From positions 607,140-671,139 of the forward strand of contig NC_069006.1 in the NCBI RefSeq assembly GCF_001194135.2: a stretch of 64,000 nucleotides of DNA. The letters are read 5' to 3'. This document shows positions 1 through 11,749 of the stretch, piece by piece. The notes under the pieces are model-generated. The model made no database searches and had not been told where the DNA came from. It was given only the letters and a program-made list of their open reading frames with translations. Numbering within the stretch: the first letter of the stretch is position 1; each line of letters begins with the position of its first letter. The translations under genes and the position numbers were made by a program. This DNA is from Octopus bimaculoides. Its lineage: Eukaryota.

Positions 1-77
1 CAATATAAGTTCAATAAACTCCGGAATAGTCAAAGATATGCTTCAATTTTTCTAAAATTAAATAAAATAAATAAATA

Positions 78-231
78 GGCGCAGGAGTGACTATGTGGTA
101 AGTAGCTTCCTTACCAACCACATGGTTCCGGGTTCATTCCCACTGCGTGGGCAAGTGTCTTCTACTATAGCCTCGAGCCGACCAAAGCCTTGTGAGTGGA
201 TTTGGCAGACGGAAATTGAAAGAAGCCCGTC

Positions 232-271
<40 letters not shown>

Positions 272-470
272 ATATGTTTGTGTCTGTCCCCCCAACATCG
301 CTTGACAACCGATGCTGGTTCCTTTACGTCCCCGTAACTTAGCGGTTCGGTAAAAGACACCGATAGAATAAGCACTAGGCTTCCAAAGAATAAGTCCTGG
401 GGTCGATTTGCTCGACTGAAACGTGGTGCTCCAGCATGGCCGCAGTCAAATGACTGAAACGAGTAAAAGA
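78..470 (+). mobile_element. tRNA-derived SINE, family A (octopus OR-type), full-length copy with internal (TA)n(TG)n
   Basis: Head GGCGCAGGAGTGACTATGTGGTAAG...GGTTCCGGGTTCATTCCCACTGCG with A/B-box-like motifs, body AAAGCCTTGTGAGTGGATTTGG, 3' half GGGGTCGATTTGCTCGACT...CAGCATGGCCGCAGTCAAATGACTGAAAC; recurs about 15 times in the window. Confidence 0.9.
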
Positions 471-703
471 GTAATGACGAGTATCCACGTACTGGTACAT
501 GATGAACAAAATGAATAATAACAATCACCTCCATTATTTGCCACCCGGGTGAAGGATGACGGGTACAATACAAAGAAAGACATGAAGTGTGGTGGTTTGC
601 GTATAATCAAGTGAGAGAAAATATATGTGTGTAGAAAGTATACACAGTATACAATAAGACAGAGAGGAAGGAAGCATACATAGCACACAACAACAACAAC
701 AAT

Positions 704-820
704 AATCTTTTCTACTCTAGGCACAAGGCCTGCAATTCTGGGGGAATGGCCAGTCGATTAGATCGACCCGAGTACGCAGCTGGTGCTTAATTTATCGATC
801 CTGAAAGGATGAAAGGCAAG
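704..820 (-). mobile_element. SINE family B, 5'-truncated
   Basis: Reverse complement of TTGCCTTTCATCCTTTCAGGATCGATAAATTAAGCACCAG...TCGATCTAATCGAC...GGCCTTGTGCCTAGAGTAGAAAAG. Confidence 0.85.
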
Positions 821-1544
821 GAATTTGATAATAATAATGAAACAGTATAAATAAAAATGTCAAATGTTTTGGTGTGTGACTTTTGGCCCAGCGTATGTGT
901 GTGTGTATGTACGTGTGTGTGTGCGTGCGTGTGTGCGTGCGTGTGTGCGTGCGTGTTTGTGTGTAACAAAAAGTTGGCATTAATCACGATTTCCAATATT
1001 AAAATTTTTTTTCCATTTTCAACATCAAGCAGGATCACTAGGATCTTTTATCCCTTCTGAAATGTCGTTCATGGAGATATAAAATTCTGTTCGCTGACCG
1101 TGGGAAAAAATAAACGATATATGTTGCCAGAAAATTGGATTAATTAGAGATTTTATTACACAGGGAAAGTGAATGAATATTCATGTAATTAAAAGGTGTG
1201 TTTGATTATTTACAATATTTGTAACGTTAGAAGTAACCACAAATACAGTTATTAGGACATTTTAGTTATTAGCTCATATATATATGCGAGTTTATGTATA
1301 CATATATAAATGTACGCGTGTATGCGCATGTACATACACACATGTATACTTTATGTGTGTGTGTGTGTGTGTGTGTGCTTATACGCACATACGAGGCAGA
1401 TTAAATCAAGCACCCACCAAAAATGAGTGGGGAACTGGAGCAGTCCATTCTATGGGCTTCCACACAGTTTTCCCATTACTAAGTTTTACTCATGATGCTG
1501 AGGACGAGCCTGGACGCTTTTAGGAAGATACCTGTCCTTAGCGT

Positions 1545-1940
1545 GGGCATGTCTGTGTGGTTAAAGATTTCGTTTCGCAACCGCATGGATTCGGGTTCAG
1601 TCCCACTGCACACAACTTTAGACAGATGTCTTCTACCGTGGTCCCAGGACAAATAATGCCTTGTAAGTGGAAAGACAGAAACTGCAAGGAAGCCTGTCGT
1701 GTACATGTAAGAGAGAGAGATGGAGAAGAAAGAATATGTCTGTATTTGACATCCCAACCCCACTGCTTGATAACCGTTGTTGGTTTGTTTACGTCCCATA
1801 ACTTAGTGGTTTGGCAAAAGAGACCACTACAAGTTTCAGACTTAGAAACTAAATAACATAGGAACTTGGTTAGATTTGTTCAACAAAATCCCTTCAAGGC
1901 GATGCCCCAGCAGGGCCGTAGTCCAATGATAAAGATAAAA
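1545..1940 (+). mobile_element. SINE family A, diverged full-length copy
   Basis: GGTTCAGTCCCACTGC head, GGAAAGACAGAAACTGCAAGGAAGCCTGTCG body, CCACTGCTTGATAACC...CCCTTCAAGGCGATGCCCCAGCAGGGCCG 3' half. Confidence 0.8.
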
Positions 1941-2244
1941 GAAAAAAATTAAAAGAAAGCTACCATGCTATGGAATTGAACTCGTGTCCTTTTGATTGAA
2001 CAAGTAAATCTATTCGGCGGCAAATTGGCAGTCATTGGCGCGGCAGGCAGGACACTTCGCAGTGTTTGTTCTGGATTTCAAGTCACGCCAACGTCAACTT
2101 TTCCTTCAATCCTTTCGAATGAAAAAAAATTCCAGCCCCGGTCAGTCGATTGGCGAAAACTGCAAAGAACGTCGTGCCAGAAGTCTCATGGTGTTTATTC
2201 CATGTCCTTGCGCTCTGTCTTCTACCAAATTCAAACATGATGCA

Positions 2245-2550
2245 TAGATCAGCTCGGGACTAAAGAAAAGACATTTGTTTATGTTGCCGTGCAATGGGAC
2301 TGAACCCGAAACAACAGTGGTTGTAAAGTGAGATTCTTAACCATGCAACCATGCTGTGAGTATATTCCTTTATTCTTTTATTGTTTCAGTCATTTGACTG
2401 CGGCCATGCTGGAGCATCGTCTTTTAGTTAAAGAAATCGACCTCAGGACTAATTCTTTGTAAGCCTAGTACTTATTCTATCGATCTCTTTTACCAAACCG
2501 CTAAGTTAGGGGATGTAAACTCACCAACATCGGTTGTCAAGCGATGGTGG
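2245..2550 (-). mobile_element. Two SINE family A fragments (head 2245-2345, 3' half 2370-2550)
   Basis: Reverse-complement matches to the 78-470 copy (GGGACTGAACCCG; TTTCAGTCATTTGACTGCGGCCATGCTGGAGC). Confidence 0.8.
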
Positions 2551-2621
2551 ACACACACACACACACAAGCAATAATAAATCTTTGAGCAAGATATAAACA
2601 GTAGCTGTACGACATCGTGAA

Positions 2622-2813
2622 TGCCACCTAAATGTGGCTCTGAGCCATATGTGATGATGCTACTGTAGTTTATAGCCCCAGGAAGACATCTCCTCCAACT
2701 GGCTAATGGTAGGGCACAGACACTATGTCATTAGACAGCTGAAGGAGATGTCTTCCTGGGGCCATAAGCAACAGTAGCATCGTGACATCTGGGTCAGCCA
2801 CATTTAGGTGGCA
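2622..2813. repeat. Fold-back inverted repeat, probable MITE-like element
   Basis: Left arm 2622-2708 vs reverse complement of 2729-2813: 10 mismatches plus a 2-nt indel over 85 aligned positions, 20-nt spacer. Confidence 0.9.
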
Positions 2814-2824
2814 AATATACTTCA

Positions 2825-2859
<35 letters not shown>

Positions 2860-3600
2860 CACGACAGTCTGTAAGTCTGTGGGTCGTATGTCGGTCTGTG
2901 TTTGTGGCTGAGTGTCAGTATATGTAAGTGTGTGTGTGTGTGTGTGTGTGTGTTTGCGTATGTGTATATATGTGTGTATGTCAAATGTGTCTGGATGTAT
3001 GTTATGTAGGTTTCTGTGTCAGTGAGTGTGTGTGTGTGTGTGTGTGAGGCGGGGGTCAGTGTGGATTTGTGTATGGATGAGTGCAAGGTGTAGGTGTGTA
3101 GGGATGGAGGTCGATTCTACCTAAAGTCAGATAACCGTTTAAATGATATCTCACCACCATCACCACCAACGCCTCAACCACGACAACTACCACCATCATC
3201 ATCGCAGCCACTACCACTACTACTACTACCACCGGTCACCACCACCACCACCACCACCACCACCACCACATACCCTACCCAAGTAAAAATACAAGAAATA
3301 GCAGGAGTTTTCTCACCATATAACTTTTAATTAGCAATAATCAGGACTGGTACAGCTGAGAGTGGTGATTACTATGTTGTTGTTGTTGTTGTTGGCGTCG
3401 TTACTGTGTTGTTTATTTTTCGTTACTTTTATTTTTGTTGCATTTTCATAGTCTGGGGATAGTAGCGGTAGGAGGTATTAATTGTACAGACAGGGGCCGC
3501 AGAGTACATGGATATGCTCCCTAGGGTTTTCGAGGAATGTTTCGTACGAAATTATAAAAATAAGTATTGATTTCAAAAAGAAAACAGAACAACAACAACG

Positions 3601-3795
3601 ATTTCAAATTTTGGCACAAGGCCAGCAATTTCGCGGGGCGCAGGGAATCGATTACCTCGACCCTAGTTGACAACAAGTACATATTTTATCGACCCCGATC
3701 CAAAAGGGTGTATGGCAAAGCTGATCTCGGCAGAATTCGAAGGTCTGAATGTGCGGACGGACAAAATGCCGCGAATCTATCAGATGCGCCGCCTT
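3601..3795 (-). mobile_element. SINE family B
   Basis: Reverse complement begins AAGGCGGCGCATCTGATAG and ends GGCCTTGTGCCAAAATTTGAAAT; flanked by (AAC)n and AAT-rich sequence. Confidence 0.85.
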
Positions 3796-3811
3796 GATAA
3801 TAATTATTAAT

Positions 3812-4112
3812 TCTGGTTTTATTGGCCACAAGGGCTAATATCAATTAAAAACATGTAAGGACAAAGACAGGACGAAGGTTACAAAGGGTTTTGTCTGAAA
3901 AGAAAACGTTCGTGTAAACAGTGAGGAAAACAGAGAAAGATATAACAAATAAAACTCCCAATAGGGAGAGGCGCTTCGAAAGGTTACACGTGGAAAGACC
4001 CACAAAATGCCACGGGAGCCTGATCAGAAAATAAGAAAGAGGTAGAGAGCCCTTTCTCCTTTTACATTACCTTTTTCTACAGGTGTATCCTCAGAATTGG
4101 TCCATTCATACT
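3812..4112 (-). mobile_element. Tx1-like non-LTR retrotransposon 3' end (ORF2 terminus plus 3'UTR)
   Basis: Minus strand reads MNGPILRIHL* followed by a UTR ending AGCCCTTGTGGCCAATAAAA; resembles the region after the Tx1-like C-terminus at 53325-53830. Confidence 0.55.
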
Positions 4113-4130
4113 GGCCATAATAATTAATAT

Positions 4131-4260
4131 TTCATTTATTGGCCACTAGGATCCTACTGTTATAGGAGACAATACAGTAGACGAGAACAGTGGTGGTTTT
4201 ACACAAAACAACAGATGCATTTACAAACATAAAAGCAGGCGTTGACACTTGGGAAACTAC
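4131..4260 (-). mobile_element. Second LINE-like 3' tail with the same terminal motif
   Basis: TTTATTGGCCACTAGG at 4136-4150 matches the terminus at 3818-3835. Confidence 0.4.
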
Positions 4261-4662
4261 AAAGTGAAATAAATGAACACGTTTCATATGTTTTTGGCAT
4301 GACAATACCAACCTTTGGTGATGGTCACTAAAACTTACTCACGAAGACAAATAATAGCTTTTGCCAATGTTGCAAGTCTGAAGGAGGTTTTCACTGAGAA
4401 ATGTTTCTGATCGAAAAATATAGACTGCATATAAAAAAAAAAAAAGTATTACGAGAAAAAATTCTGTCTTCTTTGTTTGATCATTTTATAGAAGAACATG
4501 GAGGATAGCGACATGTCTCCGCCTCATGAAAAAGTGTGAAGATTAGCGGTGTGCATTCGAAAGAGCAATTAGAGGGAGCTCTGGTCAATGTGCGGAGTGG
4601 GTTGTGACAGATAGAAGCATATCTGACTTCAGAATCGAGAATGATGCAAGGAGACAGACTTA

Positions 4663-4975
4663 TCTGGACATATCAAGCTGGACCGGCTTAGCTGGACCGG
4701 CTTAGCTGGAGAGGCCTAGACGGACAAACCTGGGCGGACAAGCTTAGCTGGACAATCCTAGACAAGCCTAGCTGGACAGGCCTAGCTGGAGGGGCCTCAC
4801 AGGATATGCCTTCCTTGAGAGACTTAGCAGGACAGGCTTAACCGGACAGCCCTAACTAGAGAGACTTAGCTGGAGAAGCTTAGATGGACAAGCCTAGATG
4901 ACCCGCTTTGATGGACAAGCTTGATTTAGCTGGAATAGTCCTAGCCAGGAAAGCAACTGGAGAGGTCGAGCTAAA
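4663..4975. repeat. Degenerate 14-bp minisatellite, consensus about GCTGGACAGGC(C/T)TA, about 20 units
   Basis: gctggaccggctta gctggaccggctta gctggagaggccta gacggacaaacctg ggcggacaagctta gctggacaatccta and so on. Confidence 0.9.
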
Positions 4976-5438
4976 GACGTTTAGCCGCACATCAGCTCAC
5001 GCAAGATGGAATACAGCAATAGAAGAGGAATTTAAAACAAAAGCCATCAGTTTAGATGTTCATTCGTGGTTTCGGTCACTGTACGGACAGGTTATGAGCA
5101 TCAAGTGCAAAGCATATAACCGGAGGAGGACTCAATACAGATATAGAGTGTTTAGAGAGAGGGTGAGGGAGAAAGGGAAAGAGAGAAAGAGTGGAAGGTA
5201 AACAATTCATATAGACTACATGTGAAGTAAAGGCTATACATGTACATACATATTCTTTCATTGTTTTTACTTGTTACAGTCATTAAGCTGTGGCCATGCT
5301 GGGGCACGGCACTGGAGAATTTTAGTCGAGCGAATATCTATACTCCCATACACACATTTATACACACACATATGCATAAATATGTGTGTAACAAATATAA
5401 CATATATCTATATATCTAATACAAACGTATATTATTAA

Positions 5439-5513
<75 letters not shown>

Positions 5514-7044
5514 CGTTGTTGTGTATATTCCTAGAGAAACTGACAGACAGGATAAAAGCAAGCAAAAAGGAGATTGAATGAGAGGAAAGGAAAGAGCAGA
5601 ACAATATGTTACAAACAGCTGTAATCAATCTCAGGAGATACATGCATACACACCCACACACATATATATATACACACACAAATACACACACACACACACA
5701 CACACAAGTACACATTGAAATGGGGAAAAAAATAGAGTAAAGAAACATATACGGCAAAGAAAATAGAAAAAAAGGCAAAATTTTAAGCGAAACAAGATGT
5801 CCGACTGCTAAAGATCAAGTGTCACGTGGTTTGTATTAGCCACGTGCCAGTTTGATCGTATCTTCATAGCGAGGCTGTTGATTAGTATGTGATGGTATGG
5901 GGAGTGTGACAGTATGAAATATATGTGATTGTAGATCGGGAGAGACGTTAGGGAGGCGTGGGGAGGCGCCGCCTTCTTCCGCCCCCACCATCACACTGCC
6001 TCTTTAGATTACTTCAACTTGCTCTGGACGGTGTAGAGATAAAAATGGCGTAGGCTGGATGGTAGTGATGGTGAAGGAGGTGGTGGTGGTGGTGGGCAGC
6101 AGATTCTTGTATGTGTATTTTATGTTGCTTGTATTGCTTGTTGTAGATTTTTTAAGGAAATGATGTACATCAAACGTGCGCGTGCGCACACACAGACACA
6201 CTGGCAGTCAAGTACACATCTTAGTCTGTAGAAAACTTAGGCAAATCTGTTTTAAAGTGTTTCATGATATATTTGAAGATTTCAAAGCTATGACTAGCGT
6301 CTTCCAACAGGCAATAAAAAGAAATTGAAAAGCAAGAAGTATTTCCATACAAAACAGGTATGGCAAATACCTTATCAAACTTGGAAATATGCATAATTGC
6401 GACAAGTTGTTTTCGTGCTTCGTTCCACGGAATTTAAATACACACACACGGTGGGGGCGGGGGACAGGGAAACAGAGATAGAAAGAAAGCGGAAATAAGG
6501 TAAAGAGAAACCAAAATACAAAATAAGAAACAGACAATATGCAAAAACGAAACAAGCGAGACCCTTCAACTAGAATATTACTGAAATTTCGACACCTGGT
6601 GGCGAAACCGCTGTCTGTCTGACATTGGCGGTAACGCGGAAGATATAAAGGATGAAAATTACAAAATGGAACGCTAATAAGAATGACGGTATGGAACAGG
6701 ATCATTACAGAAAAATGAAATATACCAAAGATGGGTAATAGACGAAGTATTTCGACCCAAACTAAGGACGATAATAACATCTAATGGTGCAAGAAGGGAA
6801 AAGTAAAATAAGCCTTTTCAACCGGGAGGATTATGGGTAGAAAACAAACAGAAAATGCGAAGAACATAGAAGCAAAAAGATGCATGGCGTCTTGGGCATT
6901 TTCTATAGCTTGGGGTCGACCCATATTTTGTGATTGAAATAATCCAGACTTAAACGGTGGCGGATATCAATCGGCGTGAAGCATCGTTCAGTAAACGCCA
7001 TTCGGATAATAGATCCAGCTATTATTATAGAGATGGATGTAAAA

Positions 7045-7228
7045 TGGTGGCGAGCTGGCATGCTTAGAGGCACTTCTTCCAGTATTACGTTCTGAGTTCA
7101 AATACTGCCGGGGTCGATTTTGTCTTTCATCGGAGCCGATAGAATAAATACCAGTTAAACACTAGGGTCCGTGTAATCGACTTACTCCTTCTCCGAAATT
7201 GCAGGTTTTAAGCCAAACTTTAAAACCA
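7045..7228 (+). mobile_element. SINE family B
   Basis: TGGTGGCGAGCTGGCA head; TTACGTTCTGAGTTCAAATACTGCCGGGGTCGATTTTG B-box-like motif; GTGTAATCGACTT. Confidence 0.85.
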
Positions 7229-7743
7229 TTATGCATGGCTGAAAAGGGTTGATGGAACCCGGTTAGAGAAATGATGCAGAGGCGTGAGGTAGATAGATAC
7301 CTGTTTGCCAATATGGCAAGTCAGACATGCAGGACTCCACATTTGGATTGGTGCTGAGAGCGAAATCTAGTCAGTTGATCCAGGAGTCGGGGGCTGAGGT
7401 CAATGAAGGGATCCGGTGTGTAGCAAAGTCGTCGAGAGGAAGAACGAGAAACGGTGCACATTCTCCCTCAATGACCCACTGAAACCTACTGGTGTCTGGT
7501 ATGCAGAGATTTTAATTGACAGTACTTGCACAAAAAAGCAGTTTGCAAGTCTCTTGCAGGACGGAAACTATATAGAAGCCTGTCGGTCCGATTGCATCTG
7601 AAATTCAAAATGGTACAGCCCCGTTATGCAGACTGTGTCAGTGTCTCGCTAGTTTCGTCTCAGAATTACGTCGGATATATGTGCCAAGAAACCTTGAAAT
7701 GCTGAACCACTTACCCGCTAATTCAGATGCAGGCAATCTAGTT

Positions 7744-7800
7744 CAAAGGTTCTCAACCCATTTTGGCCAAGGGCCCCCTTTTGACCCTTGGAGTCACAAA
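7744..7800 (+). mobile_element. Possible hAT/Charlie-type terminal sequence
   Basis: CAAAGGTTCTCAACCCATTTTGGCCAAGGGCCCCC resembles CAGNGGTTCTCAACC hAT ends; no partner end visible (gap follows). Confidence 0.3.
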
Positions 7801-7904
7801 TGCCCCCCCCCCCCGAAAATATTTTTATTTTTCAATATACTACTTATTTTGATATCGGCAGATAATGATGAAAAAATAAAGGACGTCGTTTTACAAATGC
7901 GCTT

Positions 7905-7966
7905 GTACGCAGTCAGGAGTACAGATGTACGCAGTCGGGAGTACAGATGTACGCAGTCGGGAGTAC
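7905..7966. repeat. 22-bp tandem repeat GTACGCAGTC(A/G)GGAGTACAGAT running into a 963-N gap
   Basis: 2.8 copies directly visible. Confidence 0.9.
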
Positions 7967-8929
7967 NNNNNNNNNNNNNNNNNNNNNNNNNNNNNNNNNN
8001 NNNNNNNNNNNNNNNNNNNNNNNNNNNNNNNNNNNNNNNNNNNNNNNNNNNNNNNNNNNNNNNNNNNNNNNNNNNNNNNNNNNNNNNNNNNNNNNNNNNN
8101 NNNNNNNNNNNNNNNNNNNNNNNNNNNNNNNNNNNNNNNNNNNNNNNNNNNNNNNNNNNNNNNNNNNNNNNNNNNNNNNNNNNNNNNNNNNNNNNNNNNN
8201 NNNNNNNNNNNNNNNNNNNNNNNNNNNNNNNNNNNNNNNNNNNNNNNNNNNNNNNNNNNNNNNNNNNNNNNNNNNNNNNNNNNNNNNNNNNNNNNNNNNN
8301 NNNNNNNNNNNNNNNNNNNNNNNNNNNNNNNNNNNNNNNNNNNNNNNNNNNNNNNNNNNNNNNNNNNNNNNNNNNNNNNNNNNNNNNNNNNNNNNNNNNN
8401 NNNNNNNNNNNNNNNNNNNNNNNNNNNNNNNNNNNNNNNNNNNNNNNNNNNNNNNNNNNNNNNNNNNNNNNNNNNNNNNNNNNNNNNNNNNNNNNNNNNN
8501 NNNNNNNNNNNNNNNNNNNNNNNNNNNNNNNNNNNNNNNNNNNNNNNNNNNNNNNNNNNNNNNNNNNNNNNNNNNNNNNNNNNNNNNNNNNNNNNNNNNN
8601 NNNNNNNNNNNNNNNNNNNNNNNNNNNNNNNNNNNNNNNNNNNNNNNNNNNNNNNNNNNNNNNNNNNNNNNNNNNNNNNNNNNNNNNNNNNNNNNNNNNN
8701 NNNNNNNNNNNNNNNNNNNNNNNNNNNNNNNNNNNNNNNNNNNNNNNNNNNNNNNNNNNNNNNNNNNNNNNNNNNNNNNNNNNNNNNNNNNNNNNNNNNN
8801 NNNNNNNNNNNNNNNNNNNNNNNNNNNNNNNNNNNNNNNNNNNNNNNNNNNNNNNNNNNNNNNNNNNNNNNNNNNNNNNNNNNNNNNNNNNNNNNNNNNN
8901 NNNNNNNNNNNNNNNNNNNNNNNNNNNNN
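7967..8929. other. Assembly gap (N-run)
   Basis: Other large gaps at about 10887-11436, 17598-18416, 23387-23572, 26871-27002, 29953-30517, 31193-31326, 32796-33164, 35331-36051, 41931-42761, 45840-45988, 47913-48145, 48934-49735, plus several 10-N gaps. Confidence 0.99.
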
Positions 8930-9253
8930 ATATATATATATATATATATATAGTCAATCCAAACATGAACAAGCAAGAAAAAACAACAACGCGAGGACGT
9001 GGAATAAGTCCAGAGATATTGGACGCTCAGGAAAGGAAAGAAAAGAAAGAGGATAGATAGATAGATAGATAGATAGATATGTACATATAATGGTGGTAAT
9101 TGATATGTGTATTATAGTGGCAGTGGAGATGTATATAGATGTATATATATGCATATAATAATGGTGCTAGAGGATATATATAATGGAAATAGTGGCCACA
9201 CACACACACACACATATATAGTGGTTGTGGCTACATGTATATGCACACCACAC

Positions 9254-9297
<44 letters not shown>

Positions 9298-10311
9298 NNN
9301 NNNNNNNAAGAGAGAGAGAGAAAGAGAGAGAGAGAAAGAGAGAGAGAGACAACAGACAGACAGAGTGTTTGCGCGTATGTATGTGCATGTATCAAAAACG
9401 TTGTGATGATCCAGTCGGCCACTGACGAAGGGAAGGTTCCGCACCACAAGCAGTATAGAGATAAATAAAACATAAAATAGTAATTATAAATCGCCATGAG
9501 CCAGTGTGTGACATGTAATACTGTTTGATAAATGTTGATAAATTTAAAATGTCTGATGTTACCATCTATCATAGGTGATTTTTCTTAATAGCCCGCCTTT
9601 ACACACACACACATGAATGCATACATAGTTGAAATCTTACATACATACAAATATATGCAATATACTCATACGGTACACATACACATTTACCTATACATAC
9701 ACAAACACATACATATATATAGAGATACAGACAAAAATATTTATACGCACACACATAAATATGTGTTCATGTGAGTGTATATGTATGTATTTTTTTTATT
9801 ATATATGACATGTATATCATATATATTTGTATCTATCAACTATGTATAAATCTTTCTAACTAATATTTCTGGCTCTTCCTGTCTTTATACATACACACAC
9901 ATACACATGTGGATATAAATATGAGCATATATATGATTGTGTGTGTACTTGCATATGTATACATATAAATACATACATAACCATGTATGCACATCCTATA
10001 TACATGTGTGTGTGTGTATGTGTGTGTGTGCATGTATATGTAAGGCGAAGTGTATGCATGTCGTGGTGATGGAGTTAAGTGGTGCACTCCAAATGAAATT
10101 GACTAAAATCTAATGAAATAGACGATAAATGCATAAATGCAGCAATAGAGGGTTACGGACTAAATGCAAAACAGTACGTGTGTGTATATATGAGTGTATG
10201 TGTGTCTATGTGAGTGTGTGTGTGTCTATGTGAGTGTGTGTGTGTGTATCAATGATTCGTGTGAGTGTGTCTGTGTATCTGACTGTCTATCTTGTACACT
10301 TGTTCGCTCGC

Positions 10312-10355
<44 letters not shown>

Positions 10356-10368
10356 TCGNNNNNNNNNN

Positions 10369-10420
<52 letters not shown>

Positions 10421-10434
10421 TCGTCAATCTACAC

Positions 10435-10715
10435 GTATGCTCGGCTGTATGATAAGAAGCTTGCTTCCCAACCATATGGCCCCAGGTTCAGTCCCACTGT
10501 GCGAAGCTTTGGGCTGGTGTCTTCTACTATAGCTTGGGGCCAACCAAAGTTTAGGAGTATATTTCGAACACGGAAACTGAAAGAAGCTCGTCAACTGTGT
10601 GTTTGTTCTTGTATATGTGTTTGTTCCCCACCAACGCTTGACAACTTGGGTTGATTTGTTCCATTAAACGCTTCAAGGTCATACCTAGTATGGCCACAGT
10701 TCAATGACTGAAACA
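10435..10715 (+). mobile_element. SINE family A
   Basis: CTTGCTTCCCAACCATATGGCCCCAGGTTCAGTCCCACTGTGCG...CGCTTGACAAC...TATGGCCACAGTTCAATGACTGAAACAAGTAAAAGA. Confidence 0.85.
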
Positions 10716-10735
10716 AGTAAAAGATAAATTAATTG

Positions 10736-10779
<44 letters not shown>

Positions 10780-11749
10780 TATGTGTGTATATATATGCGT
10801 ATGTGTGTATATATATATACATATAATCATGTAGAGAATGAAGAAACAAACAAGAAGAAGCAGGTCGATTGCGCTAGTTAGCCATTNNNNNNNNNNNNNN
10901 NNNNNNNNNNNNNNNNNNNNNNNNNNNNNNNNNNNNNNNNNNNNNNNNNNNNNNNNNNNNNNNNNNNNNNNNNNNNNNNNNNNNNNNNNNNNNNNNNNNN
11001 NNNNNNNNNNNNNNNNNNNNNNNNNNNNNNNNNNNNNNNNNNNNNNNNNNNNNNNNNNNNNNNNNNNNNNNNNNNNNNNNNNNNNNNNNNNNNNNNNNNN
11101 NNNNNNNNNNNNNNNNNNNNNNNNNNNNNNNNNNNNNNNNNNNNNNNNNNNNNNNNNNNNNNNNNNNNNNNNNNNNNNNNNNNNNNNNNNNNNNNNNNNN
11201 NNNNNNNNNNNNNNNNNNNNNNNNNNNNNNNNNNNNNNNNNNNNNNNNNNNNNNNNNNNNNNNNNNNNNNNNNNNNNNNNNNNNNNNNNNNNNNNNNNNN
11301 NNNNNNNNNNNNNNNNNNNNNNNNNNNNNNNNNNNNNNNNNNNNNNNNNNNNNNNNNNNNNNNNNNNNNNNNNNNNNNNNNNNNNNNNNNNNNNNNNNNN
11401 NNNNNNNNNNNNNNNNNNNNNNNNNNNNNNNNNNNNAGCAGTTCGGCGTAAAAGACCAATATAGTAAGTACCAGAATTATAAAAAGTCGTGGGGTCGATT
11501 TGTTCGACTAAACCCGTCAAGGCGATGCACCAGAAGGGGCGTAGTCCAAGAATTGAAACAAGTACAAGACAAATGATCTCTCTCTCTCTCTCTCTCATTT
11601 TCCTTTTATCTTTAGTTTTTATTATCTGTTTTAGTTTCACCTACGCCCCTCCCTTTCTATAACATTTCTTGTTTGTCTGTCTGTCTCCCTCACTCTCTCT
11701 CTCTCTCTCTCCACACTTTCACTGTATTTTCCACCAGAATCGGAAAAAC

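Noticed and set aside
6262-6780. 172-aa hydrophobic minus-strand ORF
   Set aside because: Hydrophobicity reflects T-rich strand composition; no recognisable motif
4663-7966. Regularly spaced repeats considered as CRISPR-like arrays
   Set aside because: Units are contiguous with no unique spacers, there are no cas genes, and the context is eukaryotic
7681-9060. Long ORFs (up to 459 aa) here and at about 10.7-11.6, 17.3-18.5, 29.6-30.6, 32.6-33.4, 35.1-36.2, 41.7-42.9 and 48.8-49.9 kb
   Set aside because: They are open only because they run through N-gaps and (TA)/(CA) repeats
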